Source: an uncultured Clostridia bacterium
Lineage (GTDB): Bacteria > Bacillota > Clostridia > Christensenellales > Borkfalkiaceae
Assembly (NCBI GenBank): GCA_944327625.1
Contig: CALVHL010000025.1
Span: 19,648-83,647, forward strand
Length of the DNA stretch: 64,000 bases
Direction of reading: 5' to 3'
How positions within the stretch are numbered: the stretch's first letter is position 1; each line of letters starts with the position of its first letter. Both the position numbers and the translations under genes were made by a program. The notes beneath the pieces are model-generated. The model was not told the origin of the DNA, searched no databases, and saw only the letters and a list, made by a program, of their open reading frames with translations. Positions 10,794 to 20,728 of this stretch are shown piece by piece.

Positions 10794-11407
10794 TATGCCG
10801 CCTCCTTTGCGAGTCCGCCGTTGAGAAGCGCCTTCTCTCCCTTCATCAGCTTAACCTTCCAGACGAGGTTGAAGACGAGTGCGCAGCAACCGACTATTAT
10901 CAGCGGATAGATGACATAGGCGAGCGTGAAAGGCCAGATTGCCGTAGAATAGAGCACCTGGTCAGCGCCTTCCGCGATCTTCTGATAGGTTGCAAGCACG
11001 TCGGGATCACCGATGATGCCGAGATAGCGAACAAAGAAGGTGCTGCTCTGAATGATAATGTATAGAGAAATGGCTATGTCTGCAATGCTGACTAACCCGA
11101 TAGTTACATAGTTGGAAATATAATAGTTTCTGCGCTTATTGGTCGCCGTAATGTAGAGCAACACCGCACAGAGTATCATAACCACAGACAGTACCAAAAG
11201 AGTGTTGTTGAAAGGCTGAACGTCAAGGTATATCTGCGCTTCGGGCAATGTATCGCGGGGCAACTGCTGGCCTTCCCTGTTGAGCAGGGTTGAGCCCAGA
11301 CCGGCAAGTCCGCCGGAACAGTACACAAAGGAATACACTGCCGATAATGCGCCGAGTATCAGCATCACAAGACACATTATCTTCTGAAATTTCATCTGAG
11401 TTTTCAT
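10793..11407 (-). CDS. hypothetical polytopic membrane protein
   Basis: ATG follows GGGGGAG. 204 aa with about 5 TM helices. TAATG stop/start overlap with the next gene. Confidence 0.6.
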   Translation of the reverse strand: MKTQMKFQKIMCLVMLILGALSAVYSFVYCSGGLAGLGSTLLNREGQQLPRDTLPEAQIYLDVQPFNNTLLVLSVVMILCAVLLYITATNKRRNYYISNYVTIGLVSIADIAISLYIIIQSSTFFVRYLGIIGDPDVLATYQKIAEGADQVLYSTAIWPFTLAYVIYPLIIVGCCALVFNLVWKVKLMKGEKALLNGGLAKEAA

Positions 11408-11495
11408 TCTGACTCCCCCAAAATTATATATGCGCCCGCACCCGCTGGCGCAGGCGCATATAACTACTTATTTAGACTGATTTATAACCATCCTA

Positions 11496-14045
11496 TCAGC
11501 CGAGTTTTACTACGACGCCCTGCTGACTATACTGTCCGCTGTATCCGTTGAAGATGATGTAGTGGAAGATGCTGTAGAAGTTCTTTTCACTGCCCTTCTT
11601 GGTACCGGTCATATATTTGAGGTCTGCCTGGCCGGTAGAGTCAATGTTCGACTGTTCGTCGTCGCTCAGAGGAAGGCCGGTGGGAACGACGGTATACCAC
11701 AGGTTCTCGCCGGGTATGAGCGTAGGATGCTTGATGGTGCCGTTTGCGATGCTTACGGAAACCTTGGTTGCCTCAGCCGCCGCTTCCTTTGCAGTCAGCT
11801 GGTTCTCGAACGACTGATCCTTGACGCCCATGGGAAGCGTTGCGCCGAGTACCTTACGAGCATAGCCCGTGAAGTTGCCCCTTGCGGAGAAGGTCGTATA
11901 GACATCGTCGGAAGTCGAAATGAAGCTTGCGTACAGTTCGTCCGTGATGGTCGGCGTCATCTTGCCCTTATAGAGAGTACCGGTATAGAGCTCGTTATTG
12001 AATGCGAAGTACTTATCCTGATATTCTTCGTCAACGACGTACTGTCCGCCTATCTTGGTTGCAACGGTGTCTATGTCAACGTTGGTGACCTTAGTGCCGT
12101 ACCACGTACCGTTGGGGTTGGTGTTGCCGTTGGTCGACTGGATACCGAAGGTCGAGGTTATCTGACCGTCGTTGGAGTACAGATAGTCGATGAAGGTAAG
12201 AACTGCATTGAGCTTGTTCTGATCGTCTTCAACGCTCTTGGCAACCGTAAGACCAGAAGTCTTGGTCGAACGCCAGCTCTCGGTGAATCTCATTATGGTG
12301 TCCTTGACGCCGTCGCCGTCGTCATCCCAACGGGATACAGGGGTACTTATGGGTGCGAACAGATAGTCGTCGTCATCCTTGAGGTCGAACATCTGCGTCG
12401 TCTGCGTCTGCGAGTAGTCATACATCATGAAGCCGTTGCCGGGCTTATCCTTGCAGTCGCCCTTGAGGTCGGATGCGGAGACGGTGCCGAGCGTGCCGTC
12501 GCTGTTGACATAAGTTGCTACGAGGCCTTCCTTTGCAAGCAGACCGAAGTTTTCGAGTGCCTGATAGAAGGTCGCGTTCTGACGAGCGTCCTTGAGCTTG
12601 CCGTCTGCGTCGATATAGGTGTATTCATAACGGGAGTCAGCGCCTCTCTCGCCGTAGAGCTGAGAAGCAAGACGGATTATATCGGGAGTTCTGTCGTTAG
12701 TGTTGTCACGAGGGAATATGCCCGTCGTGCTGAGCGATTCAAGCCCGAGGTTCTGCGAGTTGGTCTTAACTATTCTGAGCATAGCGACGAGGTCGTCAAC
12801 GTCCCAAGCCGCATTGTAGCCGTTAAAGAGTTCGGAACGGGTGGTATAAGCCTTTTCGGTGCCGTTCTTGTAAGCCACGTCGATATATGCCCTGTAGAGG
12901 GTTGCCAGCTGCTTGCCGGTTGCGTCTGCCTTCTTTGCGAGTGCAGCGTTCATTATGTCGACGATGTTACCGCTCTCGCCCGCATAAGCTTCGCCTGCGA
13001 TTGCGTTGTATGCGGCGCCGAGTTCGGTGGTCGTATCTGCCGCCGCCGTCTTGGCTGCGTCATAGTCCTTGGTAAGCGTGAAGGTTGCGCCCGTCTCGTC
13101 GAGCGTCGTCTCTACCGTATAGGTACCGGTGGTGCCCATATAACCCGAAACGTATGTCTCTTCTGCGCAAGCCGCGCTGTAGGTGTCGCCGTCTTCTGAA
13201 AGCGTCTTGTCGAGCAGGTCTTCTACCCAGTCCTGACGGATGAGGCAGTATCTCTCTATATCGTCGTTACCGTCGAAGTAAGGAGCGATGTAGATTTCCT
13301 TGCCCGTGCCGTCTTCCTCCATGCCTTCCTGAAGGAGCGACAGATATACGATGGGGTTAGATTCGAGGAATGCCTTGAAGTTGGGCATCTGGTCGAGATA
13401 TTTGCCGAGGTTGAGTATATCGTCGTCGTTATTGGACGAGGTGATGGCAACCGAGAGGTCGGTCGTACAGATGTCTACCGTAACGCCCCACTTATAGTTA
13501 CCCGTCTGTTTGAGGTTGGAAAGGTTTGCCGAGGTCGACTGTTCGCCGAAGTAGTCGACAAACTTGACGTTCAGCGCGTCCTGAATTGCGGAGAATGCAG
13601 GCTTGATTGCATTGGTCGTTGCGGTATATCCGCCGGGAAGCGTAATGCTGCCGCTTATCGTATCGAAGAATGCGCCCGTGTTGTTCTTGTCGTAACCGAT
13701 AGCTATGCCGATCTCCGTTCTCGAAGTGTAGGAAAGATTTGCGCCTTCTTCGGAGGGATCTGCGACGAGGTCTTTGAGCCACGACCAGTATTCGTTAGCT
13801 CTGTCCCAGCCGCTCGCATTGTTCTTTACGCGCGAGGAAAGTCCGTAACTGTCGTTGAGGAGGGTTACGAAACCCTTTGCGCCCGCGCTGGGTTCAGAGT
13901 CCCACGCGCCGCCGGCTATCTGGTTTCCGTTGTTGTTATTATTGTTGTCGTTATTATTTCTGTTACAACCTGTCAACGAAAACACCATAGTTCCTGCCAT
14001 TACGAGCGATACCGCAGCAACGGCAATTTTCTTAGTTCTGTTCAT
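11496..14045 (-). CDS. very large (849 aa) extracellular solute-binding lipoprotein of a carbohydrate ABC importer (LplA/YtcQ-like)
   Basis: Lipobox ...FSLTGC followed by a poly-Asn linker. Strong RBS (TAAGGAG). It sits directly downstream of the two permeases. Confidence 0.75.
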   Translation of the reverse strand: MNRTKKIAVAAVSLVMAGTMVFSLTGCNRNNNDNNNNNNGNQIAGGAWDSEPSAGAKGFVTLLNDSYGLSSRVKNNASGWDRANEYWSWLKDLVADPSEEGANLSYTSRTEIGIAIGYDKNNTGAFFDTISGSITLPGGYTATTNAIKPAFSAIQDALNVKFVDYFGEQSTSANLSNLKQTGNYKWGVTVDICTTDLSVAITSSNNDDDILNLGKYLDQMPNFKAFLESNPIVYLSLLQEGMEEDGTGKEIYIAPYFDGNDDIERYCLIRQDWVEDLLDKTLSEDGDTYSAACAEETYVSGYMGTTGTYTVETTLDETGATFTLTKDYDAAKTAAADTTTELGAAYNAIAGEAYAGESGNIVDIMNAALAKKADATGKQLATLYRAYIDVAYKNGTEKAYTTRSELFNGYNAAWDVDDLVAMLRIVKTNSQNLGLESLSTTGIFPRDNTNDRTPDIIRLASQLYGERGADSRYEYTYIDADGKLKDARQNATFYQALENFGLLAKEGLVATYVNSDGTLGTVSASDLKGDCKDKPGNGFMMYDYSQTQTTQMFDLKDDDDYLFAPISTPVSRWDDDGDGVKDTIMRFTESWRSTKTSGLTVAKSVEDDQNKLNAVLTFIDYLYSNDGQITSTFGIQSTNGNTNPNGTWYGTKVTNVDIDTVATKIGGQYVVDEEYQDKYFAFNNELYTGTLYKGKMTPTITDELYASFISTSDDVYTTFSARGNFTGYARKVLGATLPMGVKDQSFENQLTAKEAAAEATKVSVSIANGTIKHPTLIPGENLWYTVVPTGLPLSDDEQSNIDSTGQADLKYMTGTKKGSEKNFYSIFHYIIFNGYSGQYSQQGVVVKLG

Positions 14046-14155
14046 TTATTTTTCTCCTTAAAAAATTTTTATATTATAAGTTTTTTGAACTTTAATATAA
14101 GCCACTGTAAATCCGCCACGCGGAACTTTTATAATTCCGTCGGCAGAGCGAGCGA

Positions 14156-15103
14156 TTATTCCTTGACGCCGCCCATGTTCACGCCCTTCGCAAAGTACTT
14201 CTGTATGAAGGGATAGATGACGAGTATGGGGATAATTGCACAGACGACCATCGCATATACGACCGAAACCGCAGAGAAGGTGTTTTCGCCGTAGAGCGAT
14301 TCCTGATAGCCCTCCCACGATACCGCGCCTTCGCTGGGATCGTAGTTGGTCGTACCCGTAAGCGTCGTCCAGTTATCGATGAAGTCACGGATGTAGACCT
14401 GGATGGGCCAAGAATACTGCTGTTCTTCCATGACTTTCTGAGCCCAGAAGTAGCCGTTCCAACGGGAAATCCCGAAGAACAGAGCAACCGTTGCAATCGT
14501 CGCCTTGCTCATGGGGAGATATACCTTTGTCAATACCTGCATTTCGGTCGCGCCGTCTATCCTTGCCGCCTCCTCTATTTCGGAGGGAACGCCCTCGAAG
14601 GAGTTACGCAGAAGGATTATGTTGGTCGCGTTCATGCCCATCGCAATGACGACAACCCATTTGAGGTCGGTTATGCCCATTGCGCCGAACACGTTAGCCG
14701 TCTGCATATAGTTGAGGTACATGGGAACGATACCTGCCGAGAACCACATCGTGAATACGAGGAAGAAGTTCCAGCCGTGTCTGCCCATAAGTCTCTTTTT
14801 GGAGAGGGCATACGCGCCGAGTATCGAATATCCGAGCGCCCAGATAGTACCGAGAGCCGTAAGGAACAGCGTGTTGGAATAATTAACCCAGAAAGTTGCG
14901 TCGACTATTACATACCTGAACGCGTTGATCTGGAAATCGATAGGCCAGATGACTACCGACCCTTCATCGACGGCTACGTCACCGCTGAGCGAAGACACGA
15001 GGGCATATAACAGAGGATATACACACATTAACGCAAATACGATGAGGAAAAAATAGGCTACAATTCTGAATATAAGCTCAGAAACTTCTGTTTTTCTTTT
15101 CAT
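14156..15103 (-). CDS. carbohydrate ABC transporter permease (LplC/YtcP type)
   Basis: EAA loop EIEEAARIDGATEMQVLTKVYLP. 6-TM MalG-like layout. Confidence 0.85.
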   Translation of the reverse strand: MKRKTEVSELIFRIVAYFFLIVFALMCVYPLLYALVSSLSGDVAVDEGSVVIWPIDFQINAFRYVIVDATFWVNYSNTLFLTALGTIWALGYSILGAYALSKKRLMGRHGWNFFLVFTMWFSAGIVPMYLNYMQTANVFGAMGITDLKWVVVIAMGMNATNIILLRNSFEGVPSEIEEAARIDGATEMQVLTKVYLPMSKATIATVALFFGISRWNGYFWAQKVMEEQQYSWPIQVYIRDFIDNWTTLTGTTNYDPSEGAVSWEGYQESLYGENTFSAVSVVYAMVVCAIIPILVIYPFIQKYFAKGVNMGGVKE

Positions 15104-15120
15104 AAACCCTTATCCCTCCA

Positions 15121-16200
15121 TCAATACAGCGATACGTCGGACGCGCTTCTCGCGATCTTGTTTGCGCCGATAACCAGAATCATGCCGATGAGGTTATTGA
15201 GCATTTCGGCGGCCATACCGAGGGCTCGTCCGTTGGTAATTGCGCCTGCGCCCGACGACCAGGAGTTGGACAACGTCGAAACGACTTCCGCAACTTCATA
15301 GTTGCCGCTCGAACGCAAGAGGTAAATCTTTTCGTAGCCTACGGAAAGCAGCGAACCTATCTTCATTATGAGCATTATGACGACCGTCGAGAGTATGCTG
15401 GGCAGCACGACGTAGCGCATCTGCGCCATTTTGCCCGCGCCGTCTATCTGCGCAGCCTCGTAAGAGGTCGGCGAGACGGCGATGACTGCCGCGAAGAATA
15501 CTATCGAGTCATAGCCCGCGTGCTCCCACAGGTCGGTGATTACATAGATGGTCCTGTAATACTGAGTGGTGTTTATGAGGCCCTTGGTTACGAGCGCGGG
15601 ATCTGCACCCAACAGCTCGAACAGTCGGGACATAAGGCCTGCCGCCTGGTCGGTGCCGCCCGTAACGATCGTTTCGGGACGGAAAAGCATGATGGCGAGC
15701 GTGGTAACGATAACCGTAGAAAGGAACTTGGGAAGGTATACGCACACCTGCAAAATGCTTCTCGTTATGTTAGAACGGACTTCGTTGAAGAAAAGCGCCA
15801 GAATGATGGGCGTGGGGAAGCCGAAAAGCAACCCGTAGAACGCCGTGATGAACGTATTTCTGAATGCATTCCAGAACTGCGGCGAGATATTCTTATCCGC
15901 GCCGAGCAGCTGCTCGAAGAATCTCGTTCCTACCCATAACTGGTCTTCTACCTCAGTTGCCGAGCTCGGGTTCTTGAAACAGCCGATGAGTTCGTACATC
16001 GGCATGTACTTCCAGAGCAGGAACACGAGGACCATGGGAACGAGCATGAGATAAAGACGCCAGTCGGCAAGGACGGTTCTGCCAATCTCTTTCCAACGGT
16101 TCTTTTCGACTTCATCCCTGACTTTCTGTTCCTGGGGTATCGAATATGTACCCGAGGATTCGTCATAGTCAAGGAAGTCGTCATACTTTAATTTGACCAT
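15121..16200 (-). CDS. carbohydrate ABC transporter permease (LplB/YteP type)
   Basis: EAA loop SYEAAQIDGAGKMAQMRYVVLP. ATG follows GGAGGG. Confidence 0.85.
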   Translation of the reverse strand: MVKLKYDDFLDYDESSGTYSIPQEQKVRDEVEKNRWKEIGRTVLADWRLYLMLVPMVLVFLLWKYMPMYELIGCFKNPSSATEVEDQLWVGTRFFEQLLGADKNISPQFWNAFRNTFITAFYGLLFGFPTPIILALFFNEVRSNITRSILQVCVYLPKFLSTVIVTTLAIMLFRPETIVTGGTDQAAGLMSRLFELLGADPALVTKGLINTTQYYRTIYVITDLWEHAGYDSIVFFAAVIAVSPTSYEAAQIDGAGKMAQMRYVVLPSILSTVVIMLIMKIGSLLSVGYEKIYLLRSSGNYEVAEVVSTLSNSWSSGAGAITNGRALGMAAEMLNNLIGMILVIGANKIARSASDVSLY

Positions 16201-16266
16201 TAAATTTTCCCTCCAATCCCTTTTTGTGTTTAGATATACAAAACAGCTTCCGCCGTATTGCAGCCA

Positions 16267-16983
16267 TCATCTGCTGTCGGGAGGATATTCGTCCTCGGGC
16301 GATATCCCGCGATTGCGTCTTCCGCCCTTGCCGCCGAGCTTTGAAAGTTCTTCATCGTCCAGCTCGGTATATCCGTCCCAATAATCCTCTTCTGCCGCGT
16401 GCGGCTCGTTTTCCCGCGCCACGCGCAACAGGTACTTCTTCTGATCTTCGAGGAGCCCGTCAATCTTTCTGCCGATGAGAAAAAACGCCGCGGTGAAGAA
16501 GAAACTTACGCACTCCGACAAAACAGTCTCCGTAAAAATCTCAGAAAAGGAAATACCGACGCACAGCCCCATAAGGGTTCTGCCCGCCACGAGCAATACA
16601 AAAGAAACTATTACATATATCACGGCCAGATACCAACGAGAAAACCATTTCTCCTTGTAAACCGGCACGAACAAAAACCAACTTAAAAGCACGAACGCAT
16701 TGCCGACGGCGTAGACGAGGTACGACTGCGCACCCGCGCCGTTGAGCCAGCAGTATAAAATTCCGTCCGCGACGGGGAATATCGCCGCAAACCAATTCCA
16801 CCTTATAAGCACCGCCAGCGTCACGGGCAACATCACCGACACGGTGAACGTCATTCCCTCGAACCACTTTCTTATCGCCAGCACGTTTATCGCTTCGCAC
16901 ACGCACATTATGAGGAGGAATATCATCAGGTCGGCAACCCGATATTGCCCGAAAGATATGCCTTTGGTATTTTTATTACTCAT
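16267..16983 (-). CDS. hypothetical membrane protein (5-6 TM helices, acidic C-terminal tail)
   Basis: Hydrophobic ORF. The track start at 16998 is a TTG. The first ATG is at 16981-16983 and has no clear RBS, so the start is uncertain. Confidence 0.5.
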   Translation of the reverse strand: MSNKNTKGISFGQYRVADLMIFLLIMCVCEAINVLAIRKWFEGMTFTVSVMLPVTLAVLIRWNWFAAIFPVADGILYCWLNGAGAQSYLVYAVGNAFVLLSWFLFVPVYKEKWFSRWYLAVIYVIVSFVLLVAGRTLMGLCVGISFSEIFTETVLSECVSFFFTAAFFLIGRKIDGLLEDQKKYLLRVARENEPHAAEEDYWDGYTELDDEELSKLGGKGGRRNRGISPEDEYPPDSR

Positions 16984-17139
16984 ATTCGTTTCATTCAAAC
17001 ATTATAAAGCGATATTTTGTGTTATTATCACATTTTACTTTAACATTATAACACGGGATTTGCCAAAAATCAATACATTTTTTAATTGTTTCACAAAAAA
17101 AAATGTGTTACAATGTAATTACCCGAAAGGAGGATTGTC

Positions 17140-18105
17140 ATGAATAAAATTACAGTTTGTCCGTCCGATGACATACAGTCTATATTGGATACTCTCACCG
17201 CTCCCGCCACAATATATATGAAAAGCGGCGTATATCGCGCAAAACTTACCGTCAGATGCGACAACGTGAAATTTGTCGGCGAGGACCGTGAAACAACGAA
17301 AATCACCTACGACGACTATGCCCGCAAGCCCCACGCCGACGGCGGCGAATACAACACCTTCCGCACCTATACCGTCTGCGTTACGGGCGAGAACGTCGTA
17401 ATGGAAAACCTGACGATAGAGAACGCCAACACCTCGCCCGAAAAGGTCGGGCAGTGCGTCGCGCTGTCCGTCAACTCAAAGCGCTTCTATGCGCGGCGGC
17501 TCAACCTCGTCTCCACGCAGGATACGCTCTTTACCGCGCCCTTCCCCGACGACCTCGTCATACGCTATTCGGGGCTGACGGACGATCCCGCCTACTACGA
17601 CGGCTTCATTCCCCGCAACCAGCTGTATATGGAGGGCAACTCCGTCCAGATATACGATAGTTGCAGGATATGCGGCACCGTAGACTTCATCTTCGGCGGC
17701 GCGGAGGCGTACTTTTACGACTGCGACATAGTGTCGCTTGCCGACAAGCGCAACTGCGGATACGTAGCCGCCCCCTCCCACTCGCTCAAAGACGAGCGCG
17801 GATATGCCTTCATCGACTGTCGGATAATGACGGAGGGCGCGTCGGAGGGCAGCATCTATCTCGCGCGGCCGTGGAGAGATTTCGGCAAGTGCGATTTCGT
17901 CCGCTGCACCGTTCAACGGCACATATCCCCGCTCCTTTTCGATAAATGGAACGATACTTACCGCGATAAGACGGCGCGTTTCGGCTACTTTGAACTGACG
18001 GGCGCGCCCCTCTCGCCCGTGCCCTGGTCGCATGAACTTTCAGCCCGTGAGGCACAGAATATTATAGAGAATTTCGAGCGGCGCAAAAGGTCGTTTAATG
18101 TATAA
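17140..18105 (+). CDS. pectinesterase (CE8 pectin methylesterase)
   Basis: CE8 motifs STQDTLF, GTVDFIFGG and YLARPW. ATG follows AAAGGAGGA. Confidence 0.9.
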   Translation: MNKITVCPSDDIQSILDTLTAPATIYMKSGVYRAKLTVRCDNVKFVGEDRETTKITYDDYARKPHADGGEYNTFRTYTVCVTGENVVMENLTIENANTSPEKVGQCVALSVNSKRFYARRLNLVSTQDTLFTAPFPDDLVIRYSGLTDDPAYYDGFIPRNQLYMEGNSVQIYDSCRICGTVDFIFGGAEAYFYDCDIVSLADKRNCGYVAAPSHSLKDERGYAFIDCRIMTEGASEGSIYLARPWRDFGKCDFVRCTVQRHISPLLFDKWNDTYRDKTARFGYFELTGAPLSPVPWSHELSAREAQNIIENFERRKRSFNV

Positions 18106-18118
18106 AAAGCACAAAAAA

Positions 18119-18148
18119 ATCAGGGCGGCGAACCGTCCTGATTTTTCT
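18119..18148 (+). terminator. rho-independent terminator of the pectinesterase gene
   Basis: The stem is atcagggcgg-cgaa-ccgtcctgat (one mismatch), followed by ttttt. Confidence 0.7.
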
Positions 18149-18271
18149 TTCGTGATATGGAGGTATGCGGCTTTCGCCGCCCCGTTTGCGTTACCCTCAT
18201 CTTCGGCATCTTTCCCGATGCCCCGATGTCGGATTACCCGTTATTCGTAAGATCTTACATAAGCCTCTAAG

Positions 18272-18623
18272 CTTCCGCGCACTTTGTGTTGCGCCGTGCG
18301 CCGCGCATTTTAAGTCTTAGGCGGAGTGTCCTCCTCAATTTGCCGATGTCTTAAAATTTTTGTTACAAGCCTTCCGCGCACCTTACGCGCCGTGCGCCGC
18401 GCTTACAATTCCTAGGGGGAGTGCCCTCCTTAATTTCAACACGTCCGTAAAATCTGCAACTTTGCTTCCGCGCACCTTATGCGCCGTGCGCCGCGCTTTA
18501 CAGTCTTAGGGGGAGTGTCCTCCTTTACAGGTATTTATTGCTATTATGAAGGTTGCCTCAGAGATACCGCGTACTTAATGCGCTGTACGCCGCGCTTACT
18601 ACTTACGATTGGAGTGTCCTCCT
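18272..18623. repeat. array of four ~60-65-bp structured repeats separated by ~35-bp unique spacers
   Basis: Copies are at 18272-18336, 18371-18430, 18465-18526 and 18565-18623. The core is CTTCCGCGCAC-N-GCGCCGTGCGCCGCG-N-GGAGTGTCCTCCT. It lies in the convergent spacer between the pectinesterase and hsp20 genes. Confidence 0.85.
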
Positions 18624-18648
18624 TTTGTTTATTCTGCCCTTTCTCCCG

Positions 18649-19065
18649 TCACAATATGTCGATGAAGTGGCTCTGAACGCTCTTAGGCTCCGCCTTGGGC
18701 AGTGAGAGGATAAGCATACCGTTGTCATATTTAGCGGTAATCTGTTCCTTGGTGAGTTCCGTGCCTACATAGAAGCTGCGCTGGCAGCTCTCGGTAATCT
18801 CCTTTCTTATGTAGTGCTTACCGCTCTCCTCCTCTTTCTTCTCTTTCTTCGCCGCAACGGTCAGGTATCCGTCGTCTAAGGATACCTTTATCTCATCCTT
18901 GGCGTAGCCCGGGATCTCGACTTCCAGTTCATAGCCCGTGTCTGTTTCCTTGATATTGGTGCGCAGGTCGTGCTGTTCGTCGAAAAATACGGGAGGGAAA
19001 ATGTCGTTGAATGCGTCGAACAGGTCGTAATCTGCGTTATTTCTTGTCTGTAAATACTTTTTCAT
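18649..19065 (-). CDS. Hsp20/alpha-crystallin family small heat-shock protein
   Basis: Alpha-crystallin domain (DIKETDTGYELEVEIPGYAKDEIKVSLDDGYLTVAAKK). The ATG at 19063-19065 follows AAGGAG. The upstream extension in the track is rejected. Confidence 0.85.
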   Translation of the reverse strand: MKKYLQTRNNADYDLFDAFNDIFPPVFFDEQHDLRTNIKETDTGYELEVEIPGYAKDEIKVSLDDGYLTVAAKKEKKEEESGKHYIRKEITESCQRSFYVGTELTKEQITAKYDNGMLILSLPKAEPKSVQSHFIDIL

Positions 19066-19263
19066 GGTCTTAATTCTCCTTGTTATAAAAAATTTATAAC
19101 TCGGGAAGTGGTAACGCCGCACAGGGCTTTCGCCCTTTCGGCTGCCTGCTTTCTTCGTTCACTTTATATATAACACACGAAAGGGCGTTTTAAACGCTTC
19201 GTAAAATATTTTTTAATCGGCGCACCCCTTCGCGGCGGACGATTATATAATAGTGAAAAGAGA

Positions 19264-19296
19264 GCGGCGGCAGAAAAATTTTTTTCTGCCGCCGCG
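19264..19296. terminator. hairpin terminator (usable in both directions) just after the stop of 19301-20695
   Basis: The stem-loop is gcggcggcag-aaaaattttttt-ctgccgccgc, with T-rich runs on both sides. Confidence 0.6.
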
Positions 19297-19300
19297 TTTT

Positions 19301-20695
19301 TTATGTATTTTTACCCTCTTTTTTCTTCTTCTTGCGCAAAATCAGCACGACTGCGAGAATACCGCCGCCGTAGCAGAATACTACCGCGATGAGCATGGGC
19401 AGGAAAATTACGAGAAGCAGCGTCTTTGCCGCCTTGTTCTGCGCCTCGCCCGGAAGATAGCTATAACTCCGGCTTTCGCACAGCGAGAACCGATAGCGCC
19501 CGCTGTTTTCCTCCACCTCGAAGCCGTAGTCGGTCTCCGTCATGTAAGTCGAGGAAATTCCGCCCTTATAATAGTCGGTCTCGACGACCAGCCACATTTC
19601 GCCGCGCACCGCCGCCCACATATCCGTGAGGGGCACGTCGTACCTGTAAACTTTGACGGTCGGCGAATAGCTGTCGTTGATGAAGGGCATTGCGGGCAGT
19701 TCGACCGTGACGTATGCCGACGAATGGGGCGCAACCGTCACTTCAAAGGTGTTCCACATAAAGAACTCCGCATTGCGCAACCCCTTGACCTGCCGCGCGA
19801 GCACGCCGTTGTACCAATCGACCTCGCTTATGTAAGTGCGGTCGCCGCGCAGTCCGTCGACGTACTCGCCGAGCGTATAGCCCTCGCCCGTCATCGTCAC
19901 CTTATACTCGCCGACCTCCGTGTCGACGTAGCCCACGTCTTTCTCGTACTTCTCTATCGTCCATTCGACGGCGGACAGATCGACGGGCTCGCCTATCACG
20001 CACAGCGTCACGCCCTCGCCGTCGTCCACCCCCGTCATTCTGTAACCGTCCTCGACGCGGTTTATATATTCCGTCCAGTACGCCGTCTGGTCGTCGATCG
20101 CGGGCAGAACGCCTTTTATGTAGAACTTTTCGCCCTCGGCGGCGTCGGCTATCGCAAAGTTATACACGGTCACCGCCGCGTCGCGGGTGAATATGCCGTT
20201 CTCGTAATATTCGTCGCTGAGAGATTTTATCTGCTCCGCGTACTCGTAAGACGAATAGCCCTCGGGCGTATAGTTGCCCCCGACGGACAGATAGTTATCA
20301 TAGACGTGCCGCCTCTGCGCCGTCACCGCCACTCCGTCGACAGTCACCGAAGCTACGGGCAATACGCCGTCGTAATACCCGGGCTGACTGCCCGACGGCA
20401 CGGCGAGCTGTTCGGTGACGCTCTCGTCGCCCTGATTGTATAGCGCATACTGAATACTCAAAGTCGACAGATATTTGCCGTCCTCGGCGGGGAAATCGAC
20501 TATGTCGTAGACGACGAGCTGCCCCGTCACCGTGAGGGGCGAACTGCCGTCGCGGACGTATATTCCGCTGTTAATGCTGCCGCTCGTGTACTCGTCGTAA
20601 ATTTCACAGCCCGAAAAGAGCGTTGCCGACAGCGCGAGCGCGATTGCCGCGCCGACTACGCCGACGCGCTTTAATTTAGCCTTATTTATCTTCAA
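19301..20695 (-). CDS. hypothetical surface protein: lipoprotein signal peptide, large ectodomain, C-terminal TM anchor with poly-Lys tail
   Basis: TTG start 5-6 nt after AAGGAGAG. Lipobox LFSGC. C-terminal hydrophobic helix followed by RKKKKKEGKNT. It is a paralog of the next gene. Confidence 0.65.
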   Translation of the reverse strand: MKINKAKLKRVGVVGAAIALALSATLFSGCEIYDEYTSGSINSGIYVRDGSSPLTVTGQLVVYDIVDFPAEDGKYLSTLSIQYALYNQGDESVTEQLAVPSGSQPGYYDGVLPVASVTVDGVAVTAQRRHVYDNYLSVGGNYTPEGYSSYEYAEQIKSLSDEYYENGIFTRDAAVTVYNFAIADAAEGEKFYIKGVLPAIDDQTAYWTEYINRVEDGYRMTGVDDGEGVTLCVIGEPVDLSAVEWTIEKYEKDVGYVDTEVGEYKVTMTGEGYTLGEYVDGLRGDRTYISEVDWYNGVLARQVKGLRNAEFFMWNTFEVTVAPHSSAYVTVELPAMPFINDSYSPTVKVYRYDVPLTDMWAAVRGEMWLVVETDYYKGGISSTYMTETDYGFEVEENSGRYRFSLCESRSYSYLPGEAQNKAAKTLLLVIFLPMLIAVVFCYGGGILAVVLILRKKKKKEGKNT

Positions 20696-20728
20696 TTTTC
20701 TCTCTCCTTCGGAAGTTATGCCGCGCGG

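Noticed and set aside
11562-13199. 545-aa + strand ORF.
   Set aside because: It is antisense to the binding-lipoprotein gene and has no recognisable motifs.
18272-18623. Possible CRISPR array (regular repeat/spacer spacing).
   Set aside because: The repeats are about 60-65 bp (CRISPR repeats are about 23-47 bp). The copies differ at many positions, there are only four units, there is no leader, and there are no cas genes in 64 kb. It is kept as a finding, but not as a CRISPR.
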